NCBI GenBank assembly: GCA_002633005.1
Contig: NMRA01000680.1
Span: 135,913 to 199,912, forward strand
DNA length: 64,000 bases
Direction: 5' to 3'
Origin: Phoronis australis
Taxonomy: Eukaryota > Animalia > Phoronida
Positions within the stretch are counted from its first letter, which is position 1, and each line of letters begins with the position of its first letter. The notes under the pieces are model-generated. The model searched no databases and had not been told where the DNA came from. It saw only the letters and a list, made by a program, of their open reading frames with translations. Shown in pieces: positions 12,687-26,500 of the stretch. The translations under genes and the position numbers were made by a program.

Positions 12687-15600
12687 TCACGCTTTGGTCT
12701 CATCCTCATACAACGGACCGACTTTATTCAAATAAGGCTTAACAACATTAAACGTTGGTATCTCAACAGCGTACGGGCGGACATGGACAATGGCATCTCG
12801 AGGAATGTCTTGTACTTTCGAGCGCTGTTTTGCTCGTCGGTGAAGAATGAAGAAAACCGTTAGCGCAGTCAACAGTGTTGCAAACACAACGGACAGTATG
12901 ACGATCAACGTGGTGTGGTCTACGTCACCTGCAAATGACCAAAGAACTGACTTAGTAAACGTGCATTCTTACGTACGCCTCATAGTTTTGAGACAAGTGA
13001 ATCCATGTTTCTAACAGTAAGCATCATTTTACCAATACAAAACAATGTCTCAGATGAAAGAAAGACGCGGAGACGTGTATTTCTAAATTTTGAAATTTCA
13101 ACCAGTTAAAAACAATTGAGTACCTTCAATGATGAATGGAACGCTGATATGGAAGTCATCCTGAAGCAAATCCGCCTCAGCTTTTGAGCCGCACACGTTC
13201 TGTGGAGATGGAGATAACAAAAATAAACAGTAAAGTAGACGGCAATACACATTTCTTGGACAATTTTCAAACGCCTAATCACGATTGATTTTCACAAAAA
13301 ATCAAATACGCTACGTACAAACTTTCAAAACGAAAATTTAAAAATAGGTTTGTCGCCCTCAATGTGTTTACGATGGGTCTCGTAATCTAGGAACGGCAAC
13401 ATCATTAGCCTGGGGCGATTTATTTGGGGACTTTCACTTCTTCCGAAGTCCGCTGGTCTCACTACACGCAACCGGAAGTGTTTTCTAGGCGCACCCTAAC
13501 GGCTGAAAGTCTCCCATTAACCACAACAACATGACGTGTATGATCTAAACCGGCAGATTCTAAGGTGCTCAAACCGGTTGAGTGTCCCAATCTCGACTCA
13601 GCTGACAGTAATGGTGTGGAAGCTTCAATGATAACGTCAACAGCAACAACAAGTGCAATTCATTACTACGATAATAGGTAACAAAATTAAACATTTTAAA
13701 ACAAATTATTGGTTACGGTTCTATAAAAAGTTCATATGAAACCAGCAATGGGAATTATGTCACAGAAATGATACTGGATTGGTAGCCCAGCTAGCTGACT
13801 TCTACTTCCGCTATACTAAGTGTATAACAACAAAAGTGTGAAATCGGTAATAAATGCACCTTGATGCAAAAACTGTCATCATTTCTTGTGCAAATTTTCA
13901 GTGTTAGAGAGTAGACAATGTCTTGTCTGGATCCTGGCATAACAACACCAACTGTCGATGCGTTGAAGGGCGGTGATATCGCCTTGAAGAAGCCCTCGTC
14001 TTCTTCGAATTTCGAAAATCCATCGCTCCTCGGCCAAAACGTGCGATTGGTCTCACTCAACAGTGGGCAACTGCAATGAATTTCCAATGCGTTTACTTTC
14101 ATTCTGCTTCTACCAGTAACGGGAAATATTTAATTTTAACACCAGCTTTGGTTCTTCTTTCACTTAATTTACATTTTTTGAAAAAACGAAATTGATCAGA
14201 AATCGCAAAGGCTGTCGGTTTGACTCCAACTCTGAAATGCTTACCCTATACCACTGCTCAGCACATTGGTATGATAAATGACACTAAAGAACACAAGATA
14301 ATGTTTTAACTTAATCACAAGTTGGCCAATTATCACGCCATCGCAAAAACGAGTCTTAGTCAGGTAGAGCAATACACTGTACATCACGTAGCCACACTAC
14401 TCTGGTTAAGGGAGACACTGAAAATGTGACGCGTACACAAACAGATGCCTTTATACTTAAATCGAAGAATTCACTTTCTGACATCATTAATTGTACTGCG
14501 TACGGTGAAACTGGAGTATTACACACAATTACCATGGGCCAAAAGTACACGTGATGACCATTTTTAAATAACGACACGAACCAATTTGAATGTAACATAG
14601 CCCTGTCATTTAAGTTATTGATGTTAATCAAGCCATCTCTGGTTTCTAGGACATCCAGTAGTCCAAGGGAACTCTAGTCTGATGGTGTGCATGTTTTCTG
14701 TACATGATTCTTTCGCATTTCGCTTAATCGTCGTGCGGGACCGTCTGGAGTTGGTATATGGTGCAACTCGGGACGGTCTGGGGTCTACAGAAAACCACAG
14801 CTCAACTGTGACTCTACAACAATGTGATAAACGAGAGTAGTTCTACTTGCTGCGTCAGCTGCTGGTATGCTTATTTCTTTTATGACACACAATGTGTGAC
14901 TGGGAAAAGCGTTTTCAAAATAATTTGGATAAATCAGTGGAGTATGAGACCCCTGAGGTCCCTGTCAAGTCCTCACGGCAATTTTACGTTATGCGTACGT
15001 CATTGAACGTACGTGAAAAACAATATCTAAACATTTTCAATTATGTTACTGCATTTGCACTCGTGCGACATCGAAGACGACAATAATTGCTCATTATACA
15101 TGTACTTGCAAAAACACGAAGCATTTTGAGTGTGCCCCGATTGACTTCATTCTCGCGATGGTTTCCGGGTGCATCAGTGATTGTCGTAAGGAATGCTGAT
15201 AAAATCTTCAATGCAATGCTGTAAGGCTCAGTTCTGCCTTATTAGTAGACCTTTGGATCAGTGCATCTTCAGAATAGTGAGCTGCTCATCTGATGTGGTA
15301 GTGAACGTACAGTATGACTTAATTTATTGTGCATTTGTTACAATTAAAAGTAAAACCTCCATGAAATTAAGGTTTTGCTGGATCATATGACTTTTTTTCA
15401 AAACATTAACAAAATATTGGGGAAAACGATTACACAGAATTTTTGGGAAAAAGAAAAATGATGTTTTGATCCACAAAGATTGGTCCAAATACGTTTTACT
15501 TTGCTTTTTCGCAACATGCCGTATAGTAAAAACAAACGTTTTAAGGAGGAATACGGACCAATCATTAGCGCATCTACCCCCTTTAACAGATTCTTTAGCA

Positions 15601-18113
15601 ACAGTATACAAATTTACCTGTCTCGCATGAGGCCTGTGGTGAACGCTGTGTCATTTTGTTTGGCCCACAATTCGACGGCTGTAATTCCATTGGCAACTTC
15701 AAGAGAAAAGGATGCACTTTTGAAATATACCAAGTACGACAGCAAATTGTAAAAAGTGATAGATTTGCTGCTCAGTAGTTAATTGGTTAGACCTCCTTCT
15801 ACAGCAGTGAAGTAATTCGATTCCGAAATCATGAAATACTTTAAAAGTCCAGGAGACTTTTTCTCAGTTTAAAGCATATTTCTTCAACAAAGTCTGCACT
15901 CCAGTGGGAAACTTCAAGGAAGCAATGGGGACTAATCACGTGGGATCAGTGACTTATATCGCCACCTACATGTAGTTGGGTACCTGGAGTCACTTTGTTT
16001 TCGCATCGGGTAGCATATAGGGGAACAGTTTGACTTACCAAATGGACCCTTTTACACTGTATTTGATTAGACGTGACGATTTTTAATAAAAGATATAAAG
16101 TGACTCCTCGTCCACTAGGGGCCACTAATATCCGGTCCCAAGTGAACAGTCGCTATTAAAAGTCTCCCATTGGCCATCTAGTCAATGTCACGCAACCGCA
16201 AGTTTTACAAACGATGACCATTTCGGGGTCTAAAGGGCAGTTAAACAGATGGGCTAAGCGGAAGTGTACTGACTGCTTATAAGGACAGGACAATCTTCAC
16301 ATTTCAAAAAGATTAGTATAATCACGTACTTGACGATTTCAACAGCGTCAACACTATCACTATTTTCTCGTCTTGCCTGGCCGTGGTCACAGGATCTTGC
16401 GGTGCGCTTGATCTGGCCACGTATGCTGAATACCCAGGTTGCCTGTGGACAAAGGAAGGGTTGTCATTTTATTTTTATTTATTATTTATTTTATTATTGT
16501 GATATTTGAAATGAGGGTGGCCTCCTCAGTGATAGCATTGCTTTCCAAGAGGTCCTCATTCGTATGTTAAGAGGCCAATTGCCTTATCCTATGTGGTTTT
16601 AGGGGACACGGACCCCCTAGTTACATAAACAGCAAAAAATTAAAACAAAAAACAACAACGTCGGCTTTCCATTTTGGGGGCCTTCATGGAATTTTTACTC
16701 GAAAATTATGGTCTCCTGGCACTTAAGATGTCTTAGTTCCGCTTCACCATCCCAGGTCCAAATTAAGTGTAGAATTTTTATTCAAGCATATATCCACCTG
16801 TGAGCAAGGCAAACTTTGTAAAACCGTTTCAGACCCCCTGCCCTGTCGTCGTCAATTTCAACTGGCTTGTCATTATTTCGCACGCAGTCTCCACCGACTT
16901 CCCTTAAGCACCCCCATGACGTCACCGAGTATTTAGTATTCAATCCGGTCACCACCATCAAAGCCTCTCAAAATTACCACAAGTGTGTCGATATTTCTGA
17001 ACAAAGATGGTCTCATTTGCAACAGGAACAAAGCGCAATGCATCATGCATGTAGGTCTTCAGCAGGACCCACTTTACAAGATACTTTAACCTGCAGGGCT
17101 CTAAATTTCTACCACTTGGACTTGAAATGTGAACGATGAAACTGATGGTAAAGTATCACTGATCCCAGACCAGTAACAGGAACAAGCATGGTGATTTAAG
17201 ATAGGTATTTGAATTTCACTATACTTGGCCCTTTGGATAGAGCTTGGGACTTCACTTAGGCACTCTTCGGTTCCACCTCCACCGCAATTGACAACAAACA
17301 TGGCATCACTTCCGGTCAGCTGACCAAAATGGCGGATCATGTAGAACTTGAAAACGTTTGGGTTTCCAGCCACCTGTAAATAGATGTGCGTGCTAAATCC
17401 CGGTGCATTGGGGACTTGGGGAGCAGGATCCTGCCATTTCCTTCGGGTCAGCAAAGAAATTGGCTTCAAAGATAATCAGATAATTGCTCGCCCACGTGAT
17501 AACCTAGATACGCGCCAGTGCACATGTTGGTACTGCAACCTCAGGGATGATGTATGTATACTGTTTTCACTGCTACGCTTCACATGGTCTATAGGCGGTG
17601 CGCCCATATAGCCCCCATTTTTCAGTCGGCTGCGCCGCCCATGGTATACAGATATTTTGCTTTCGAATTCGTTTTTTAACTATGAAAACACTATAAGCAG
17701 TTCCTGGCTTCATCAAAATGAAAAGGCTTAATTTCCTTTCATGCTCTCGCATTAGCCTACACAGCCTAAATGTCCATCATTACTTTGGAAGTGCCGTGAA
17801 ATCCGCGGCATTTTGGCAACAAGTTTGATTTTGTTCGTGCTCGTTTTTCAAGTTTGCTTCCACTGAATCGATGGCACAACACTCTCGCTCAAAATTGAAA
17901 CTCACGTGGGTCAGCGTGTTGCATCCCCTACTGGCCGTATTTCCAACTGTTAAACGAATCACAGTTTCGCTACCATCGATGTCGGTATAACATTTGGGTT
18001 GGGATAACATCGACATGCTATCTTCCTCATGCATAAAGAGTCTTGAAAATGGTCGGTTAGCGGTGCGAGGCCTGTACAAAATGTCAACGCTGTCAACTTT
18101 CCCTCCGACTAGT
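12687..18113 (-). CDS. ZP (zona pellucida) module-containing single-pass membrane protein; spliced, 5' part unresolved
   Basis: Phase-consistent exons 18113-17906, 17373-17225, 16902-16798, 16442-16330, 15696-15618, 14070-13860, 13199-13124, 12928-12687. ZP-N-like: ...KCY...RGCNTLTH...FKFYMIRHFGQLTGSDAMFVVNC. ZP-C-like: KIVIVLTL, ELWAK, LMRDSCP, SPPFNA, IVYSLTLKIC...FC...VC. EHP-like FHISVPFII, TM helix LIVILSVVFATLLTALTVFFIL followed by HRR and a short tail. The donor at 17224 and acceptor at 16903 are weak. Confidence 0.72.
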
Positions 18114-19228
18114 CTACACAAGAACGTAACTAAAACATAATAAACACAGATATATCACTATCCCAACTGTTCATGCATACATGAAATTTCGTTCAAGATA
18201 CGATGAAAAAGTATTAAACAGTATGAAATACCTTGGTGTTGTGTCCACGTTCTCTACGTCAGGCCAATAACATCATTTTTACTGTGAGGACAAGTGGCTT
18301 TGTTTTCCATCCATGAAACCAGTTTCAATTATATTTAGAGTATGTAAAAAGCCATGACCTGTCATGTACGCGAACCTGCCTTCCAGCAAAAATATTGAGA
18401 CCGCTGTGTTACGTAATGCACTATGAGATACAGTGTAAAAGAGATGCGAAATGGCGCAAATTGTTTCAACATTAAAAGGGACGAGTCCATATTTTAGTCC
18501 CAATGCACAAAGCGTGTAACGGCATAACCCGTACTGCATACTTAAAACAGACTGTGAAACGTCCATGTAAGCGAAACAGTTTTCCAAATTCAACCGCCAA
18601 GAAACACATTCTAGTTGCATTAAACCAGTCAAGTCCGTCTTTGGCAAAAGACAAGAATGTACTTTCTCAACAATAAAAAACATCTACTTCACCTGATGCT
18701 CATGCAATAAGTAGGGTCGATCAGTTGGAAATGCTTTATTGGGGCAATGCCCAATATTTATGGGATTTGTAACAAATTTTGGCTGTGGACCTATGAATTT
18801 TACTTGTTGAGTTGTGTTTATAAAGCACACCAAAGAATTTTCTTCGAAAACGCATCATTTTATTCGGGCATACCAAAATAACAAAAGCGCATTGTTATTG
18901 CAATGGCTGTACGCAACACGTATTCACAAATCACGCCTCTTGCATGACGCAAGCATGGGAGTACATGTATGTCTTCACAGGTATGACATTTCATTTTTCT
19001 CATTTCTGAACTCGGATAATGTGATGTTTTGGCCCGAAAAAACAGACGGAATGCTGTTGTTTGAAACCAGAGGCTGGTGACTTGTCACCGCAGGTACTGG
19101 TCTCAAATGTAATGAGTTCTCTCTTATTTCCAAGACCAGAAATATCACCTTGAGAACAACGTCAAGTGGTCCTAAGAAAAAGTTCATAGCTGCTTGCATG
19201 AAAAATTTCTAGCACCATTTGAATGTAC

Positions 19229-19343
19229 CTTGCCCATCGGTACTTTCCCGAGCGTACATTCTGTCCTCATTAATCAAGCATCGGACTCTTTCTTCTGCAT
19301 TGTTCCTTCCCTTTTCTTCACATGTCGTCCATGAGCAGTTAGT
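19229..19343 (-). CDS. Candidate linker exon between the giant gene and the ZP exons
   Basis: ctttctag acceptor and gtacat donor; open frame TNCSWTTCEEKGRNNAEERVRCLINEDRMYARESTDGQ. It starts in phase 0, matching the end of the 20687-20565 exon. Confidence 0.4.
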
Positions 19344-20564
19344 CTAGAAAGACAATGGGATGACAACAAGGAAGGATAACTCTGAATCTTAGACAATTGA
19401 TCATTTCTAAGATAGTCTGATACAGAGATTATTTACATCACATTGCAAAGGAACGTGGACTACCTGTCATCCAATGCAGACTGAAACCTAGTGATGAAAA
19501 TAGAAGCCCTAAACCCACATTTCACGTAGAAAACAACTGATATTGTTGCTTTATAGCTTTAGTCAATAACTCGATGAAGTCCTTCCCATCCGACAATAAC
19601 CACAAAAATGTATTTCAGTCCATAAAGCCAATAATGTATTTTAATTTCAGGGAAAACGGGGATAGGCCTATCTGGAAAATCAACTTGAAACTCAGCAACC
19701 TTGGTAAAGGGAATGATATAACATGTGGTCAATTACAAAAAATATTGGTGTACACTGCTAAAGAAAGTTTGGACGGAGTGGACGGCAAAATGAGAGCGGC
19801 TCTCCTAGCTTATTTATCGCCTGCCTGAAGGCGTGTACTGAAGATAGCCGCTTTATCCTGCGTCGGCAACGGGAAAATATTAACTCTGATCTTATAGCCC
19901 TCAAGGCCGACGGGAACCAGCGATACAAAAAAATCCAAAATTCTGAAGAACCAAAAAACACTGATAGGCAAGTCTGAAACTCTACGATCCAATGGAAACG
20001 CTCAGGACCTCGTGACATCTGTTTATATTTGACACTCCGAGTAGAGTTCATTAACTGCCTCGCAGCTAGAAAAAAAACCTAGCCACAATCACGTGTTCTC
20101 ATTAAAAATACACAGCAATATCTCAGATAATATCGTGAATTGTTGCTTTTTAGCGATGTCCTAGCGTTGGTCCTTGCGTTATTGAACTCTTCTTTGATGT
20201 CATGGCGTTGAACTTGTTGTGTCACTCTGTCCACACGAGGGCGCTGCGACGGAAGGCTGCTTTTAGATATTTGCTGCTCTAATTGATTTGGCATCTGTTT
20301 GTCTCACTGCCTTGTTTTGTGGTCTACATGTAGGAGTTTTTGAATCTATTTCAATCTGGTTTAATCTATAATTAAACTATGCTGCTGCAGGTTTCAGCTT
20401 CGACAGTAAAGAACATTTAAAGGAACAAGTGCAAACACCAACAATCAAATGCAATGAAGGCACAGAGGCATTTCAGGACCAATGCCATCACCTCAGCGGG
20501 GATACACTGAGCGACCGTGGGGCCGCTCGCACTAAAATTTGGTTAAATTCCAGTCAATACTCAC

Positions 20565-23500
20565 TTCTTTCAAACTTTCATGAAGAGCCACCATGGCGAT
20601 CTGGGTGGGATACATCACCTGCTCAGTTAGTTCACGTTTTTTCCTGAAGGCTTGACGTGGCTTCCGCGTAGGTCTGGTATCGCACAACTACAAATAAAAC
20701 AACAATGCATTCATGGCCGCTGTTGCTGGGTTACCGGACAGGAGGTTCGCTAGCCAGGTCATGGATCATGCGAACAGTTTGATTTCCCGACGGTGTATTT
20801 TGACAATGACTTCTGCATTGTCTCTCTATGTGTTCAACATACAAATACAAATAAGCATTCAGCGAATTATTGTCATGTGTGGCAATAGTATAAATCGTTA
20901 ATGTGATACAACCTGTCCAACTACAGTGGTTTTAGTCCAGATCACGTCCTTCCCCAGATTGAAGTCATCACATGAATTACAAGATTCACACAATTCCTTC
21001 CATTCAGTGTCATCTGCAAGTATATAGGCATACAATTTAGGAAACACATTAAACCAACATGTAGCGCATCACTTTTACGAATGCAACCGGTTTCAAAAAA
21101 CTTGTCCAACGTTGAATTCTGTTACGAATCACATGCAGCTGACATTCTATGTTACACTCACTTGTCATTTACAAAAATACGCTGGTCCATATTCAAGAAC
21201 CAAGCTCTTCGTTAGACCATTTACACAGCTGAAAACCTTTTTGGATGTTGCTTACGCGTATCCACTTGATGTCATGGCAAACACCTTCTTTCCATTTACC
21301 TGCCCCTGTTAATAAGACACTAGGCAACATCAGCAAGGAAATACGTACCATGCAGTCGTGACTCGAGTTTGACTAAAAAGCCAAAGCAAGGCACGCTTAA
21401 TAGACCTTAACCGTTGTGAATCGAGTACGTGACTAAAGAAAAAATAGTTTCTGCGTGACTGAGAATTTCAACTATCAAACGCAATGTTTGCCTAAAATGT
21501 AGGGGGGCTCGAATTCTTGAGGACGTGGAACTTTTCCTAACATAATAAAAAACGGGGGAGGAAAAAAAGAAATGGGATACCACGTTCGCAGCTGTGAATT
21601 GTTTGGTCACGCCTTTATAGTGGACTTTTGTATAGTTTTCTCAGATTTTTCGTTCATTTCGCTCAGTGTTTGAAGTCCAGTGTCCGTAAAATGGGGTACG
21701 TTTCTGCGGACGGCCACTTAACAAGTGTGCAGCAGTTTGTTTACGTTAACAGCTTCGCATTTGGTTTACTGCTGTGATAAGTCATCTGGCTGTCTGTGAG
21801 TGAAATGTGCCTGAACATTAGGTTATTTAAACTGTTGCATTATTCTCATTTAATTTTGAAAGTTGATTATGAGTTGTCGACCAGCGGAATGTTCTTGGTC
21901 ACAATCGACTCACATTTGCCAAAGACACGCCTATAAATATCCATAAATAGTTCCATTGCCAAAGCAACACTGTCTGTGACCTGGCATACATATGGTGTCA
22001 TCACCCTGGGTTGTTACCAGTTGTGTAAACCGACTGGATACTAGTGTTCTAATAAACTACCCCTACGGAATGAGTTCAGACACTGAGCGTAATGTTCCTG
22101 TGATTCGGACTTTTTTGCCCCCTTCGCCACACGGGGGTATCGTTCAAGCCCCCCTGGGTGCGCGCATGTACATGGACCGCCAACTTCGTATACTTTCAAT
22201 GGACGAAATATGTGGTCTTTCGCACAAGCCCCGTTAGGTCATTCTGCACTAGCGACACCTGGCCAAATTATCTGGTCTTATATCCGGCTAATCATGGCTG
22301 GCTGTTGTGTGGTCGGGTGGTAGTAGCATTGCTAAAACTACTCACGACATCAACAGTTCTATTGTTGGAAGACTTTGATATGCGCTTCAATCCCGAATTG
22401 TTATATTTTAGTTTTACTGGACTGTGGAATAGATGCAAGAATTTCCCGTAACAATACACTAACCGGAGTATGCACAAGATACTTTAGGAGAGTGGCGCCA
22501 CCTCTAGGAAAGTACACAAAAAGATGTCGGATTTTCGAATATGTTGTCTATAATCTATGGCTTGATATGCATAAAACGTTGCATAGAGACGTCGGATAAT
22601 AGAACCCTAAGACTATAGAAACGTCTACATTTTTATTATTTTCGTACTATTGAACCGTCGCATTTCTGAACCTTCGCGCTGTAGAACCTTTTTGTGTTGC
22701 TTAATGTTTTTTTAAATACTTTGGACTGTTGAAACTTCAGACTAAGGAATTCTTTAATCATTTAGACGCACCCATCTACCATAGCCGTAGCATATTTTCA
22801 AGGTGTATTTTTGATAAGGAGTCGCTCCCCAGCAGGCTGTCCCATTGAATGTTACATCGATAAAGGATTTTGATCCAGGACAGGTAAAGAAACAACGAAC
22901 AAGTGACCTCAAAATCAACGTGTTAGTACTAAACACGCAAAACTCGTCTAACTCCACCAAACGAAATAATGCAGCTCGCAAAGTCGATGATGTTTTCACG
23001 TAAACTTCATGTCGCACAAAACCAGGGAGATTTCAGGCACTAGAAATTTTTAATTTTCAACGAAACTATAAGCCAGACTATGCTATCAAGTGGATGTCCT
23101 TATGTTTCATTAGGTCCCAAAACGGACTGTTGAACAAAAGACCTCAAGGAGACAATGCGAGCCATACAGAGGAGGTACTATCTTACCTGGGTCATAGAAC
23201 ATCAGAGCTGGAATTTGTCCCTCCCTTAAGGCTTCACGATCAAACGGAACGCTGACGTCAATAGGGTGAGAGAGCATTGCATGGTCCTCAATAGGACTGA
23301 TGAAGAACGAAGATCCGGTGTAGTCTTCAAACCTGATTTGAATATTATGATAAATGGATTGAAGTAGCGACTGGAACAACGTTAAAACATTAATGACGTT
23401 AAGTGTATCATTTTCGGGATTAGGCGTCATACTAAAGGAAATCTTTGGCAATCAGAACAACGATATTCTTCCACATCCATATCTATTTCATGCATTTCTT

Positions 23501-26500
23501 GGTTTCTGCAATTAAACAAAATTTCAATCTTAAAGGCAGCACCTTAATTTAATTCCACGAAGATTAATTTTGAACGAATGGCCAACTGGATTTTTTACTA
23601 ATTATTCCTTGTTGATGGCCAGATTAACCAGCTTCAAGTAGGATTTATCATTTTGCATTGTTTTGAAGGGGTTAAGACCCGGCTACTGTAATTAAGCAGC
23701 TGATTTACAAGGACCATAGCTTATGTTTTGACAGTTACTAAAATCGAGTTACCTGCTTTTCAATCGTCTTGAACTCATCGTTTCCTCCCTGCTAGTTTCT
23801 GGATCTTGAATATACTGCTGGAATGTTACGGAAGCAGCGGAGCCGTATCGCGCTTTGACATCGAGTTTGTTTAATGTGCCCGCAATAACGGATGTATTGC
23901 CTGAATAGCAAGAATTGTGACAGAAACCCAGAGTGAACTGCCAATTACAATTTTCCAATTCTTTCAGTTGCTGAATGTGCCATGGTGCCAGGCTAATCAT
24001 GTGCGCTTGATATGGTGTAAAGGTGTCTCAAAGGAGCTCGTGTTCTGCACAATGCAAAACAATTCAATGGTGTTTAATACATGTTTAAACTATAAAAATG
24101 CCTTAGCAAACCGTAAAAAATAATTTTAAACGATTAAGTCAAATTGCTTACAAACGAACCTACCTGTTATTTCGATTGCAATAGGAGGCAAGGTTTTGGC
24201 GGAAAGGTCTGAAGACGGCTGTTCCAAGTTCATAATCGTTGGCTTTTCGACTTCAAGTTTGCGGATTATGTCGCTCTTTCCTAAAAGTAAAGCAAAATAG
24301 TGCATATGTAGTTAGAGAAATTCATGGTGCTACATTTGTTCTGCAGACAGCCAATGGTCAAGGAAATTTCATTCTTGCTTATGAAACCGTAAACCAATCT
24401 CCTTTGGGATTATACAGGTATCATTCAAATTTTCTGGCGGCAGCTTTAACTGTACTTTTGTTCTATGCAATATGTTAAGAATTTTCTTTGCAATTTCAAC
24501 TTCGGATTTTGTGTAACCCAAATCATGTTATCAAATGAACAAACGTACTGGCCACACAAACTTCTCTCGTTGCAATATCAAGCTTTACTTTAGCCCTAGA
24601 AAGAGCAGTCAGTTTCTGGTAAGTGCACCTCCCAGGCTCCATACGGAAAAAGGTATCGCCTGCGTCTTCTGTTTCCGTTGTACTGTTACCTTTAGGCACC
24701 ACCGACAGACTGCAATAGGTAAAGTGTAATGATTTTTGTAGAGTAATAAGGCAATCCTGTGTCGATCATTGAGTGACACTTCTGAGTTGATCAAAAAGGG
24801 AGGCAAACACTGAAATAATATTTACCCATATTAATTTCTATGCGTGAGCAGCTTAGTAACTAAAAGTGCAAGAATGCAAGTTTGGCTGCAACAAAGTCAT
24901 GGATTACATAATCATAATTGATATAGTGACTATTACATTTGCATCTGAAAAATTAAGCAGGACAAATGCTTGACACATGGTTGGTATTCTTGGTAAAGAA
25001 CTTGAATTAGAGGGAAGGCTTACTATTTCTGAAGGGGCCGATGATATCAAAATTTAGTGTTTTCAAAATTATCTATGTCTATGTAAAATTGATACTTGTC
25101 AACAGAGCACCGCAGTGTCCACTATAAAAATATAACGTATATGTACTTAAAGGGAAAAATTAACCTCACTAATGTAACCATATTCTGGAAGAAATAATTA
25201 AGTACTTCATGACAACCGATATGCTCTGCTAAGAAGACAAAGTTTCATTCCCGCTTTTTTCCTGACTATACAATGTATGTTTCCAATAAAGAAGTGACAT
25301 TGTACGAAGATCGTTAATGATGCGTTAAGTTAGATGAAGACCTTCCGAATTACACAATGAATTTTTAAATTAAAAGCGAAAAAATTAATTCCGTATGATT
25401 AGGGGTCTACATTGTCAGCATACTCAGTTGGTCACGCGAGTCTCTATCCTGTTGATGAATCAGCATGGATGTAGAAACAATACCCATTATGATACCTAAG
25501 AGTCTGGTTCATTCCCACATAATGCAGTGTACCGTCCGCAATTTCCACTCCACTAGATGTCTCGCTACCAGCCAGAATGGTAGGCAATATGTCCGAGACG
25601 TCGTTGTGGGAGCCTATTCCCCATTCTGCAAGTTAACGGAAGTCATTAGTAAAGCCATGTCAACATCCTCAGATTTTCTATACGACCTCGAGTTCAACTT
25701 TAGCAGCACAGCTTAGTACACGTCAATTGTCTTGTGCGGCTTTGCATACACCTAGTTAGCTCGAAAAATCTTGTCGGACTAACTGCGCACGCAATCTAAT
25801 TCGGTTGCGTGCAACAGTCGAATACGAAAGTAGACTTCTGTACACGTGGTTCATTAAAAATTCGAAGTGTGTATACAAGGCTAAAAAACACTCGTATCAG
25901 TTGAATGTTTTATGTTAAAAATTAACTTGCAAGGTTCCCATTCTTACTGTGCATAAACAACAATAAGCTAAACTCATTTACAGGATGAGCCTACTAACGA
26001 AATTTGTAGAACATACCGATAGATGCTGAAGTCTTGGTTTTAATTTTCCATCCAATCCCTGTGGTTGTCATGAAATCTGTTATCAGGACTCCTTCAGGTA
26101 AACCTTTGATTGTTCTCGTATTTGGCAACTCAATGCTGATAACTTCAATGTCAGGCGGTTCGAAGTCAGTGGTTACATTACACGAAGATCGGGAGCTTAA
26201 GCCGAGAACGTTAATAGCGTCCACGTTGAACCAGTACCTTTTTCCATGAAAAAAGTCTTTTTTGAATTTGTTCCTTTCAAAAACAAATTCTTTAACAGTA
26301 CCAACACTTTCTCTGGTCACAATGTCATCTAAACCTTCCTCTGAACCCACTGATAATACGTAAGTCGACACGTCTGATTCAACGTCTTCACATTCCCAGT
26401 AGGCCCCGATACCTTCTTTTGAACCAAGATATTCTGTGGGTTCTGCCGTTGAGCCTTTGGGATCCAAACAGAGTACCTGAGTGCATGTAGGCGGTGTAGT

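Noticed and set aside
14356-14785. - strand ORF with a beta-rich look, first read as a degenerate ZP exon
   Set aside because: Stops in all frames from the nearest acceptor. Exons 15696-15618 and 14070-13860 join in phase without it (LMRD-SCP).
16950-17224. Possible second, frameshifted ZP-N repeat continuing ORF 17101-17469
   Set aside because: More simply explained as intron after the donor at 17224, which gives a continuous frame into 16902.
21992-22477. Overlapping short ORFs in an intron
   Set aside because: No recognisable motifs and no consistent splice structure.
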